From the IMG/VR virus record IMGVR_UViG_3300033141_003443, positions 1-64,000 of that record: 64,000 nt of DNA; one strand, 5' to 3'. Below, one piece after another: positions 28,542-37,745 of the stretch. The notes beneath the pieces are model-generated. The model worked only from the letters and a program-made list of their open reading frames with translations. It ran no database searches and was not told where the DNA came from. Every line of letters begins with the position of its first letter. Positions within the stretch are counted from its first letter, which is position 1. The stretch comes from an uncultured virus (IMG/VR IMGVR_UViG_3300033141_003443). Taxonomy: Duplodnaviria > Heunggongvirae > Uroviricota > Caudoviricetes. A program made the position numbers and the translations under genes.

Positions 28542-29036
28542 CTAGTCAACTTCTATTTCGTCTGAATTACCCGCTCCATACTTCTTTTCATCATTATTCT
28601 TGATATTCCTACAGGTACGAATCAATTCTGTGGCTGATTCCAAACTACCCTGTAATTTATCCCTTAAACGTCTTTCTGCGGCTACGGCTAAACTAGCCTC
28701 GGGTTCCGCCGCCGCTGCGATATATTTGGCATTTTCGGCTTCGGCCTTATTCTTGAGTAACATCTTATAAGCAGCATTTTTATTCTTTACTAAACCACAA
28801 AGCTGATAATAATAGTCCGCCACGAAAGCTTTGTGTCCCGTAATCTGTTTTTGAAAATCATCGACCTTATCAACATTCTTATGATCAAGTTTTATCATCA
28901 ATTTGGAACCATTTCGGATAGCTTTTTGACTGGCCTCAGTAATCTTTTCAATCTTAACCAAAGACTTAGAGTTATCCTTATTAAATTGTTCTACTAATTT
29001 TTCTAAAGCCATTGTATTTTCCTCCGATTTATACAA
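28542..29036 (-). CDS. Coiled-coil protein, possibly a UvsY-like recombination mediator
   Basis: All-helical pattern; weak resemblance only. Confidence 0.3.
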   Translation of the reverse strand: MYKSEENTMALEKLVEQFNKDNSKSLVKIEKITEASQKAIRNGSKLMIKLDHKNVDKVDDFQKQITGHKAFVADYYYQLCGLVKNKNAAYKMLLKNKAEAENAKYIAAAAEPEASLAVAAERRLRDKLQGSLESATELIRTCRNIKNNDEKKYGAGNSDEIEVD

Positions 29037-29042
29037 TCAATT

Positions 29043-30290
29043 TTATTTCGATTTTTTCTCATCCTTAGGCTTGTCTTTCTCCGCTTTGGGCTCTAAGTTG
29101 AAAAATAATTTACGAGCTTCTGTAACAGTTAAAAGCCCTTCTTCACTACCGACTAAAAGATTTGCAATTCTGGCCCGGTCATAATTTAACTTGGTACCTA
29201 AAACCGGAGAAGTAATTTCTGTATCTAATTTCTTAAAGCCACGTCTTACCAAAACCATATTATAAATATAGGCTTCGTATTCCAAGATAGGCATGACAAC
29301 ATTTTCTAAGAAACGAGATTTTTGTTCCCGAGCATTTAACGAACCAACATCTTGAACAAGGTTTAACATAAACGGAGGAACTTTGTATACAGAGGCTATC
29401 TTCAGACCAATCCATCTCTGTATCTCAATTATGTCTTTCGAGTCCCAATGGGGGATTTCTTTCAGATCAACCTCTTTATTGATCCCGAGAATCTTCGCCC
29501 CTTCGACCATTAAACCGTTAAGATATTCGATAAACTCCATTAAATCCTTTTTGTTAACACTGGCACCCTTTTTAAAGGAGATAAACGCTGGCTTATAAAA
29601 ACCCCGCTTAATAAACTCAACAACCTTCTTTGTAGATTCTTTATCTGAAACAATATCATTGTAAGCACGTTCAATTGGACTACGAGCCAACGTAGAATCA
29701 CTGTCAGAGTCGATAGCGAAGTGCATGAGTTCTTGATTGGTTAACTGAATCACCTCCTTAGCATCATTTTTTTTGAATTCAGAAGAGCTTCCAAGCTTTA
29801 AAAATTTATACTGTGGTGGATTATCATCCGTAAGACGCAGAGTATATCCCGGAGCCACAACGAGTTCTATGGGTTTTCCGGACTTCGATTCAATAATACA
29901 AACACCGTTACCCCATCTCAACATGTCTTTTAGATATTTTTTTCTAACCATGAAGAGTGGATCTCTTTCAGACGGGTACTTTAAAAAAGCATCAATCTTC
30001 TCATTCGTGGGAGTCGTATATAGGGGGTATTTTACGACCTCATCAACAATAGTGTTAATACAAGTTTCGGCCCAAACCGTCGTCAGAATAAGCGCCCGAA
30101 TCTGTTCAACCGAAAGATTTATTAAAGGTTCATAAGTTGCACCTACGGTACCAAAACCTACGGCATCCTTTTTCCTGTCCCTAACCTGTTCTGTTGACTT
30201 CAACCGTGTGGAAGGTTTTTTTACCCTTCTAGTTGAAGTTGTTCTTTTCTTTTTAACAGCCATTAGCTTTCTCCTCCCATTGTTTTGCAC
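29043..30290 (-). CDS. Portal protein (HK97-like); likely start MAVKKK at 30263
   Basis: CINTIVDEV..YP, DMLRWGNG, ELMHF, SPIE, IASVYKVPPFML, LTVTEARK. Confidence 0.85.
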   Translation of the reverse strand: MQNNGRRKLMAVKKKRTTSTRRVKKPSTRLKSTEQVRDRKKDAVGFGTVGATYEPLINLSVEQIRALILTTVWAETCINTIVDEVVKYPLYTTPTNEKIDAFLKYPSERDPLFMVRKKYLKDMLRWGNGVCIIESKSGKPIELVVAPGYTLRLTDDNPPQYKFLKLGSSSEFKKNDAKEVIQLTNQELMHFAIDSDSDSTLARSPIERAYNDIVSDKESTKKVVEFIKRGFYKPAFISFKKGASVNKKDLMEFIEYLNGLMVEGAKILGINKEVDLKEIPHWDSKDIIEIQRWIGLKIASVYKVPPFMLNLVQDVGSLNAREQKSRFLENVVMPILEYEAYIYNMVLVRRGFKKLDTEITSPVLGTKLNYDRARIANLLVGSEEGLLTVTEARKLFFNLEPKAEKDKPKDEKKSK

Positions 30291-30326
30291 AAAGTGTTTG
30301 TTTCTTTTTGTCTTTATATGGCATAA

Positions 30327-32096
30327 TTATTTACCTGCGACCGCTAAAGGTTCTCCATCGCTTTCTTCAGTTATAGAAGCTACTATTCCAGCTAAGCAGT
30401 CAGAAATATCCTTACTTCCTAAATTAAGCCCTTCCTCACGCATCCGCCATTTACTCTTGCGAGGGTGGTCAATTTTTTTCTTATCAGTAAATATCAATTC
30501 CGTTAATTCTCGAACAACGGGCGGATAAAGATAATACACTATATCCTTTCGGTATATAAAATCTTTAAGGGTATCATAGGGCACCGTATCTCTTTCTAAC
30601 GAAATAGTCTTGGCCTCTATCCCATGTTTCTCACAGATATTAAGAAATAGTTTAGAGTTCCAACCGTCAGCGGTTATTTTGACAATTGGAAAATTCAACT
30701 TTTTTAATAAGGTTTTAATAACAAAATCAAGGATGTCGTTTAAATCAATTTCTTTTGGTTTTCCCTCCTCCGGTTCCGGAGCTCTGATTTGTAACATTAG
30801 ATCAATATAAACTTTTGTCTTATCTAAAATACGATAAGTGTGACCCATAGCAATACCAGCACAGTCAACTACTCCACGGGAAAGATCAATATGAATATAA
30901 TATTGAGCACTCTCATGTCTCTCTTTTTCCAATTTAATTCTGTTTTCTAAATCTTCCGAAGGCTTTGCTTCGTATTCTCTTTCCAATCTTTCGATTGTAT
31001 GGGTGTGAAAAGGCCGGAACCAATGCTCAAACTCCTCCTCTCTAATATCCCTTGACCAAACCCTTTGATACCCGTCCTCACCTAAAGAGTCCGGAAAAAT
31101 AATTGGAGATGAGTTCTCATAATTAATACAATCTGTTATCCTATCCGCTCGTTTTAAGAAATTATTTGATCGAAATTTCGGTATTTTACATTCATACATT
31201 AACATAGCATTAGCAGGATCTTCGTCATATTCTTCTTGATAAGTCGCTTTATGAACAACATAAGGTTTTAATTCTTCTGGACAATTTTTCTCTGCGCGAA
31301 TATCCCAAGTGGCTGCGCGGTCAAAGTATGTTCTTCCAGAACCACCCTCTTCTGCATGATCGATTAAATATGCCATGTAATCATTCGGTGAAGTTAAAAA
31401 CGAGATGTAAAAAAGTTTGTAATATTTTGGACATCGCGTTCTGGCGGAAGTACGAATATGCTTGCGGATATTCTGGGCATTATCAAATCGAAATGACCCA
31501 ATCTCATCAAAGATACCCAACACAACATTTTTACCTTCAGCTTTGTGCTCCTTGGAGTTTAACGACCAAGCTCTAATATTTTTAGGAAATAAAACATGAT
31601 TCCTAATAATATCTCGGTCAATATTCATACCCAACTCCTCAAAAAAGTTTTTTCCGGTATCCGGATCGATCGTCTTTCTAACCATTCGAATAAACTTTTC
31701 AAAGAACACAGACTTTGCCTGATCCCCATCAAAGGCCACATTGACGACATCAATAGGCTCTCCACTCTTAATACCTAAAGTTTCTTGTGGATCATTTAAA
31801 CAGCATAGCCAATAAATCATATAACAGAGAAGACAGGCAATAGTTAAATCTTTCCCTGAACCTTTTCCCCAAGCCAAAACAAATTCCGTAAACTTATCAC
31901 TTAACATACTGGAATTTTGGTTAAAAGCGGCATTTACAGCTTTTTGTTGCCGAGGAAACAAAGGAGTATCTAACCAGTCGCTAAAAAAGATTTCTGCTGT
32001 CACCGGCTTCTGGGCAAACTTACCAGATTTCTGTTCAGAAATATCTACCGCGTCTGACCAAAAATCATTCCATGTGTCTAAACATTCTTTAGCCAT
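30327..32096 (-). CDS. terL: Terminase large subunit
   Basis: WGKGSGKD Walker A, IFDE Walker B, HIDLS nuclease motif, DGWNS, KIDHP...KDISD. Confidence 0.9.
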   Translation of the reverse strand: MAKECLDTWNDFWSDAVDISEQKSGKFAQKPVTAEIFFSDWLDTPLFPRQQKAVNAAFNQNSSMLSDKFTEFVLAWGKGSGKDLTIACLLCYMIYWLCCLNDPQETLGIKSGEPIDVVNVAFDGDQAKSVFFEKFIRMVRKTIDPDTGKNFFEELGMNIDRDIIRNHVLFPKNIRAWSLNSKEHKAEGKNVVLGIFDEIGSFRFDNAQNIRKHIRTSARTRCPKYYKLFYISFLTSPNDYMAYLIDHAEEGGSGRTYFDRAATWDIRAEKNCPEELKPYVVHKATYQEEYDEDPANAMLMYECKIPKFRSNNFLKRADRITDCINYENSSPIIFPDSLGEDGYQRVWSRDIREEEFEHWFRPFHTHTIERLEREYEAKPSEDLENRIKLEKERHESAQYYIHIDLSRGVVDCAGIAMGHTYRILDKTKVYIDLMLQIRAPEPEEGKPKEIDLNDILDFVIKTLLKKLNFPIVKITADGWNSKLFLNICEKHGIEAKTISLERDTVPYDTLKDFIYRKDIVYYLYPPVVRELTELIFTDKKKIDHPRKSKWRMREEGLNLGSKDISDCLAGIVASITEESDGEPLAVAGK

Positions 32097-32917
32097 TAAA
32101 TATCAATCTCCTCATCATCCGTGCCCGAGGAGTCTTCAGGTTTCTCTGTTTCATCCACCTTTGGTTTCTTTGGTCGTTGGTCTTGAAATTCTGCATCAAC
32201 AACCTCTTCTCCACCAAGGGCTTGAATATCAATAGTTTTTAAACGCTTAAATGCGTAGAGCCTTTTTTCTTCTGGAATTAAATCCATAATAATAGTACGG
32301 AAAATTTCCATGACACCCTTTAACACGTCAATTGAAATATAGTTCTTATCAATTAATGCTTGAGGATTGAACAAACTTAGGAGCTTAGATTCCTTGTCTA
32401 CACGATCAAGAATAGCTTTTAAAGCATCTATACGCGCTGTCACATAGGTTGGATACTTTGGCTCCCTGCTAATATAATCATATTTTTTCCTCATCTCACG
32501 AACTTGAATACGGTTCTCTTTATTGCGTGTTGTTTCATAAGCCAATTCGGCCTTATCCAATTTTTCTTTAACTTCCTTTGCCTCTTTTCCCCATGCGTTT
32601 AATTTTGTTTTATTTTCAACAACCTTATCTTGAATCTCTTTATAAAGCGTCCAATACTCATCTTTCAAAATATTGACTTCATCTAATAACTGTTCAACCC
32701 GGGCCAATTGTCTTTTTGCCAATTGAGAGTTTTTAATAATCAAACTGGTGTACCGGGCCTGTAGATATTGAACGTCAGCTAACGCAGTATTATAATGAAC
32801 GCTTAATTCCTTAGCTATTTGATGCGGAGTCTTCCCCTTTAAAAAGAGAAGTCTAGTCTTCTCTCTCCGCTCCGCTATCTCCGTCTTTGATGGTCTTCCG
32901 CCACTTGAGTTTGTCAT
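32096..32917 (-). CDS. Terminase small subunit (putative)
   Basis: GGRPS + HTH (GKTPHQIAKELSV) + coiled coil, immediately upstream of terL. Confidence 0.6.
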   Translation of the reverse strand: MTNSSGGRPSKTEIAERREKTRLLFLKGKTPHQIAKELSVHYNTALADVQYLQARYTSLIIKNSQLAKRQLARVEQLLDEVNILKDEYWTLYKEIQDKVVENKTKLNAWGKEAKEVKEKLDKAELAYETTRNKENRIQVREMRKKYDYISREPKYPTYVTARIDALKAILDRVDKESKLLSLFNPQALIDKNYISIDVLKGVMEIFRTIIMDLIPEEKRLYAFKRLKTIDIQALGGEEVVDAEFQDQRPKKPKVDETEKPEDSSGTDDEEIDI

Positions 32918-33236
32918 GAATTAATCTCCTAATAAATTTTTTACAATCAATCCAGCCTTTTAAATAATCCGTACTAGGAATATTCTCAGGAAAAATTTGA
33001 CATTCAACTAATTGATATGTCGCCAGAACTCTTCCCAAATCTACTAACTCATTCATAATAAGGCTGCGACTAAACTTCGTATATACAGCAATATCCTGAA
33101 TGGTATAGTTTGCAAGAATACACTTAAGTAGGATTCTCTGTTTTTTAGAGAGATACTTAGTGAGCTCTTCCGGTAATTGTAATTCCAATTTATTCAGGGG
33201 CTCACAATCCTGTTTATTTCTGAATCTTTTTCCCAT
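32853..33236 (-). CDS. Sigma-70 region 4-like HTH protein
   Basis: LSKKQRILLKCILANYTIQDIAVYTKFSRSLI. Confidence 0.55.
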   Translation of the reverse strand: MGKRFRNKQDCEPLNKLELQLPEELTKYLSKKQRILLKCILANYTIQDIAVYTKFSRSLIMNELVDLGRVLATYQLVECQIFPENIPSTDYLKGWIDCKKFIRRLIHDKLKWRKTIKDGDSGAERED

Positions 33237-33238
33237 GA

Positions 33239-33535
33239 TTAAGATCGAGATTCTTTAGCAAGGTTATCAATAATTTTTCGCTCGTTTACACGTCGATTAT
33301 ATTTATTTGTTAACCGGCTCTTAAAGAAAACAAACCACTGATCTTTATTGTTTGGGTCGATTTTCCCGCTATCTAAATTTTCCAAATATAACACAACCAA
33401 ATCATTATACAGATCAGACTTATCTTGAATCGGATCTTTCATTGACTCGGCAAAGGTATAAGATAAATAACTCATGATTTCACTGATCTCTTCTGGGATT
33501 TGCTTAGTAGTCGTCATTTGATTTGTCCTCCACAA
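33239..33535 (-). CDS. Sigma-70 (ECF) region 2-like protein
   Basis: DKSDLYNDLVVLYLE...DP....WFVFFKSRLTNKY resembles DAEDLxQ...FDP...W...RN. Confidence 0.45.
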   Translation of the reverse strand: MWRTNQMTTTKQIPEEISEIMSYLSYTFAESMKDPIQDKSDLYNDLVVLYLENLDSGKIDPNNKDQWFVFFKSRLTNKYNRRVNERKIIDNLAKESRS

Positions 33536-34250
33536 TATTTATCGAACTCGTTCCAACCCTTTGAACGCCCAATTTAATTAGAGCTTTAACTTGTTTTTCT
33601 GTCCGGATGCCGCCAGAGGCTTTGATTTTCATAGGAATATCTGCATCCTTCATTAAGACCTGCGTATATATAAGTGCCATCAAGAGCTTGTCAAAATCTT
33701 GTTTAATTAATCCAGTATTTGTTTTAAAATAATCTACCCCGGATTGTCGTAAGAGATCAATAATCTCATAAATAGGTACAGATTTATTAAAAATGGTTCC
33801 TAATTCAACGATGACTTTTACCGGTCGTTTATACCGATCTTTTATCCCCTTTAAAAATTTATAAATTCTTAAAAAATTCCCACGCATATACCAATAGATG
33901 GGGAAGACCAAATCTAATTCATCAGCTAAACCACTGTCAATTACATATTTAATATTATCTATAGCTTCCTCATTGTAAAGACCTAAAGCTAATTGAATCC
34001 GTTTATTCTTACCATCAGCAAAATATTTAAAAGAATGTAATGGAGGAAAACCCGCAATAGTAATTAATTTCAAATCAGGTCTTCGATATTTAACCGCAAC
34101 GGGTAGGGCACCCCAAGGTAAACAAACGCCCAGATAACCCTTGTCGTTGGCTGTCTCTACAAAAGTACGAATCTCTTTAGAATTCATTCCCTTTATATTT
34201 GTATACTCGATGTACTTAGAATACTCGACAATTTTAACTTTGTCTTCCAT
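33504..34250 (-). CDS. deoC: Deoxyribose-phosphate aldolase-like protein
   Basis: GFP, ADELDLV, VKVIVE, KTNTG, IKASGGIRT, RVGTSS. Confidence 0.85.
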   Translation of the reverse strand: MEDKVKIVEYSKYIEYTNIKGMNSKEIRTFVETANDKGYLGVCLPWGALPVAVKYRRPDLKLITIAGFPPLHSFKYFADGKNKRIQLALGLYNEEAIDNIKYVIDSGLADELDLVFPIYWYMRGNFLRIYKFLKGIKDRYKRPVKVIVELGTIFNKSVPIYEIIDLLRQSGVDYFKTNTGLIKQDFDKLLMALIYTQVLMKDADIPMKIKASGGIRTEKQVKALIKLGVQRVGTSSINIVEDKSNDDY

Positions 34251-34251
34251 G

Positions 34252-34407
34252 CTATGCCTCCCAGCAAATTACTCCCCTATTAAACAAACCTAAACCAATA
34301 ACTAAAATTATTATAAAAATTAATGTCGGAAGAATTACCAGAGTCAAACAAAACGCCCCGCAAGGTATTAAGATAAACCCAGCAATTTTACTTTTTAATT
34401 TTAGCAT
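34252..34407 (-). CDS. 51-aa hydrophobic peptide, probably leaderless (absent from the ORF track)
   Basis: MLKLKSKIAGFILIPCGAFCLTLVILPTLIFIIILVIGLGLF...; 7 nt lie between the -10 box and the ATG. Confidence 0.55.
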   Translation of the reverse strand: MLKLKSKIAGFILIPCGAFCLTLVILPTLIFIIILVIGLGLFNRGVICWEA

Positions 34408-34444
34408 TATTATAAGTATACCATATTTTTAAACGTTTGTCAAG
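34401..34444 (-). promoter_or_regulatory. 44-bp promoter cassette, copy A (TTGACA-17-TATACT)
   Basis: Identical to 51617-51660. Confidence 0.85.
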
Positions 34445-34890
34445 CCAGAGTTCTTATCATACCATTTTAAATAATTATCAATTCCCCGTTTACCAAACTT
34501 TTCATAAAGATAATCATAAGCTCTACGGTGTAAAGAGTTATGTTTTGATACAGTAAGAGACATGACCTCAGGAGAATTTTGTTTCAAATAAATATGATGC
34601 CTTACTTTTTTGACTTTCATTTTATATCCGGGGTGTCCCATCAAAGATTAACTAATCCTTAAGCGTTGTTTAGTTGACTGGCTTTTACCTGTTCTGCCCA
34701 TATTCTTCCCTGTAGCCCAAGCCGATTGAAGAGCCTGTTTATGCTCTTTAGATTTTGGTTTTCCTCTTGATGCCTTAGAGATTTTTAAAGCAATTTGTTT
34801 TTTATAATCCAAATTTTGCCAACGCTCTTTACTTGTTTGAGCAATTTTTCTTTTAGTTTTTTCAGTATGCCGATAACCAAGAGTTCCCAT
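34429..34890 (-). pseudogene. NUMOD3-HNH endonuclease with an in-frame TAA
   Basis: HTEKTKRKI, KSKEHK repeats; RLRIS*SLMGH; then HHIY...KHNSLH in the same frame. Confidence 0.75.
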
Positions 34891-34891
34891 A

Positions 34892-36043
34892 TTATGTCCT
34901 AAGATCCAGTTTATACGACCAAGTTTCCACACGCTTTTTATTGCAACCAAAAAAATGTTGTCGTGGAACGGAGTATCTTTTGAAATGCTTAAAGGCCCAA
35001 TTATCTCTCCAAACCCAACAACCATTTTGTTTAACGATAACCTTATCTGAAATTTCTCTTTCTCGAAGTTGATGAAAATGACCTAAATGCAAACAGTCAA
35101 AGCCACCCATTTCACGATAAAGATCATTGATTTGTTTTTCCAACGCATTTTCAGATTGCCCTTTAATTAAATCCCCATGTTCGAGTAAATGACGCCAAGG
35201 CCCTATTTTAACGATAGCCCTGTGGGAATCCGGAACATTGATTTTGATTCGTTTACTCTCTTGAAATTGTTTTTCCCAAGTTTTATAAACAAAATATTCA
35301 AAATTGTTTTCCACGGGCTCCTCATATTGAAACTGAGACCGGCCATGATTCCCGACAACGCAATTAACCTCTACCTCGTCATAAACACGAAGGAGATCCT
35401 TAAAGAATTGAGCAAAGGCGGGAATAGTTCTCCACATTTGCCGACCAACACATTCTTCAATTTCAAAGACCTGTTCAGGAAAAATACGGTCATTCGTAAT
35501 GATGTCTCCCAAAATATTAATATAAATCTTTCTCAATTGATAAGAATTCGATAAGATTCTATGAATACCTATAATCCCGTGTTCCAGATTATTCAATTCT
35601 TGAAAGAAAATTTTATTATTATAGGTGATAATAGTTTTACAGCTTTTATTGTCATAGGTTTTATTAATCATACCACCATGAACATCACTTATATCCAAGA
35701 TAGAAAATTCTTCCGGCTTACCCTTAACAAATCGACATTTTGGTTCATCCAACTTTACGACTTTAAAATTATTATACAATTGAGCACCGAGGTATTTAAT
35801 TAATTGATCTGCTTCAACTTTTGTAACACGTTTACGTTTCACCTCTTTAATAAGAATTTCGTCACTAACAACAATTTTTCTTTCTTTACGGTATTTTACA
35901 AGACCGTAATTATTAATCATGCGTTCCATGGCCTTTACAGTGGTTTTAAACTCTAAAGCCAACTCAGGGTTTGTAGCACCAAATTTAAGACCAAAGATTA
36001 CCTTCTCACGTTTAGCCTCAGTCCATATATTTTTCTTAAGCAT
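34892..36043 (-). CDS. Calcineurin-like metallophosphoesterase with N-terminal HTH-like region
   Basis: SDVH, LGDI, GNHG, HGD, GHFH. Confidence 0.85.
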   Translation of the reverse strand: MLKKNIWTEAKREKVIFGLKFGATNPELALEFKTTVKAMERMINNYGLVKYRKERKIVVSDEILIKEVKRKRVTKVEADQLIKYLGAQLYNNFKVVKLDEPKCRFVKGKPEEFSILDISDVHGGMINKTYDNKSCKTIITYNNKIFFQELNNLEHGIIGIHRILSNSYQLRKIYINILGDIITNDRIFPEQVFEIEECVGRQMWRTIPAFAQFFKDLLRVYDEVEVNCVVGNHGRSQFQYEEPVENNFEYFVYKTWEKQFQESKRIKINVPDSHRAIVKIGPWRHLLEHGDLIKGQSENALEKQINDLYREMGGFDCLHLGHFHQLREREISDKVIVKQNGCWVWRDNWAFKHFKRYSVPRQHFFGCNKKRVETWSYKLDLRT

Positions 36044-36180
36044 TTATACATCTCCCGTTTTAAGATATTCCCATCTATAACCAAAAGCTGTGGGTCTTTT
36101 ATTTAAACAACACCGATACCGCCTATAGCTTTATCTGTACCGTTTCCTCGGCAAGAGCCGTCTACATAGACTTCTAACAT
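36044..36180 (-). pseudogene. Chimeric scar: RNase HI N-terminus fused to a NUMOD1 C-terminus
   Basis: MLEVYVDGSCRGNG...GGIGVV* overlapping CCLNKRPTAFGYRWEY. Confidence 0.75.
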
Positions 36181-36332
36181 TATTTACCTCCGCATATTGG
36201 GATGTCACATTCTTATACCACTCTTTAAACCCTCTTGATATGCTTTTCTTAGAATTTTCTGATCACTCAATAAACTGACAATTTTTCTTAACTGCTTTTA
36301 AAGGTTTTCGTTTCTTATACATCTTACAAACT

Positions 36333-36992
36333 TTAGTATTCAAGACTTGTAATTTCATTTCCACTTTCCAATGTCCATAAAAACCAGTCAAGATGTGCCG
36401 GAGCCATATTGAATTCTTTTCTGGCCCACTCGATAAAGTATTTTTCAATTTCCAAGTATTTACTTGGACTACTCGGTTGATAGTGTTGTTTATTTTTCGG
36501 CATAAAGTGGGGCTTATACTTTAATACGTGAGTATCAATAATTGCTAAATCTTGAATACCTAAGTTTCTTAAAAAATGACTGGCTGTTTTATAACCGAAA
36601 CCTTTGACGCGTAAGATTAAATAATCTCTTAACATGGATGAGTCCGTCTGTGTCTTCATTAAAGACCGAAGACCTTTAATAAAATTTTTAGACACCCTGT
36701 TAAAACTATGCAGCCGAATTGCTTTTTGCCGTGGGAATCGAACATAGGGCCGTATACACGAGTAAAGAGTTATATCATCAATTGGTTTATTAAAGTAATC
36801 CAGTTCAGATAATCTTTGGACTGCCTTATCTGTCTGTTTTGCATTTCCAGCGGGAACTAATAAACAGAAAACTATTTGATAGAAAAGTTTCGTATCATCA
36901 AGATCAGCTAAAGTAAACATTGTCCCACAATGCTTTAAGCCAACCTCTCGGTATTTATTTACATAATTTTTTAATTCTGTAATCTCGACCAT
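36333..36992 (-). CDS. ogg: 8-oxoguanine DNA glycosylase/AP lyase (archaeal/Thermotoga-type Ogg)
   Basis: FCLL, VRF..QKA, VKGFGYKTASHFLRNLG..DLAIIDTH, YLEIE, LDWFLW. Confidence 0.85.
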   Translation of the reverse strand: MVEITELKNYVNKYREVGLKHCGTMFTLADLDDTKLFYQIVFCLLVPAGNAKQTDKAVQRLSELDYFNKPIDDITLYSCIRPYVRFPRQKAIRLHSFNRVSKNFIKGLRSLMKTQTDSSMLRDYLILRVKGFGYKTASHFLRNLGIQDLAIIDTHVLKYKPHFMPKNKQHYQPSSPSKYLEIEKYFIEWARKEFNMAPAHLDWFLWTLESGNEITSLEY

Positions 36993-37005
36993 GAAATTTC
37001 TCCTT

Positions 37006-37034
37006 AGTATAACATATTTTTAACGTTAAGTCAA
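37006..37034 (-). promoter_or_regulatory. sigma70 promoter TTGACT-17-TATACT
   Basis: TTGACT taacgttaaaaatatgt TATACT upstream of ogg. Confidence 0.7.
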
Positions 37035-37745
37035 ATCTAAATCGCCAATATCCAAAAGTATCTGGAATAATTGCCTTAACAACATAAATATTTTTCTGAA
37101 AATAATTTCCTCATCAACAGTGTTTATATAAATTTCCCAAACCTTTTTCTTATCCCGAGGTAACAAAATAATTCCCGATTTTACTTCTTTGACATCAAGA
37201 CCCTTTTGTTTACAATACATGTCTCGATAGATACAAGTCTGAATTTTATGTGAGAGTCTAATTGCTTTCGATGTTTTAATATCAAATAGAATTTTTATAT
37301 GAGAACATGACCCAATTAAATCCGCTGTCCCAGCACTCTTATAATCCTCATTGTCCCAGACAGTATGTTCTATTAAATCACACTTAAATCCGGATTGAAG
37401 CTCAAATTTTTTATATCGCTCTAAGGCATTATGCTCGGATTTCTTACCTGTCCTTATATAGTCTTGAACGATATTATGAATATTGGTTCCTTCTTGAGAT
37501 AACGAATCTAATAATTTTTTATGAAAAACAAAACCCAAAGAAGTAGATGTCTTTGAAAGATCTCCACGGGATTTTAAAAATTTAATCGTATTTGATACGG
37601 CCCATAAAATTAATTTAGGTTTAGGTAATAAACCCAGAATAGTTGTCACAGATGGTAGGGTTATTTGATCCCCTATATCATAAAATCTATAAGCCCCCCG
37701 CTTATATTTTTTAATCTGCATCTTTATACCTCCATATAAAACCAT
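37026..37745 (-). CDS. PD-(D/E)xK exonuclease (Cas4/RecB-like phage type)
   Basis: LPSVTTIL, GTNIH, AGTADL, DIKTS, Q...Y. Confidence 0.8.
   Translation of the reverse strand: MVLYGGIKMQIKKYKRGAYRFYDIGDQITLPSVTTILGLLPKPKLILWAVSNTIKFLKSRGDLSKTSTSLGFVFHKKLLDSLSQEGTNIHNIVQDYIRTGKKSEHNALERYKKFELQSGFKCDLIEHTVWDNEDYKSAGTADLIGSCSHIKILFDIKTSKAIRLSHKIQTCIYRDMYCKQKGLDVKEVKSGIILLPRDKKKVWEIYINTVDEEIIFRKIFMLLRQLFQILLDIGDLDLT

Noticed and set aside
34648..36265. Stop-codon reassignment suggested by in-frame TAA (34648) and TGA (36263)
   Set aside because: Both lie in decaying endonuclease genes; long conserved genes are uninterrupted and all three stops terminate genes normally.
37026..37745. Cas4 as part of a CRISPR system
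   Set aside because: No four-Cys Fe-S pattern and no cas genes or array; it is a typical stand-alone phage exonuclease.
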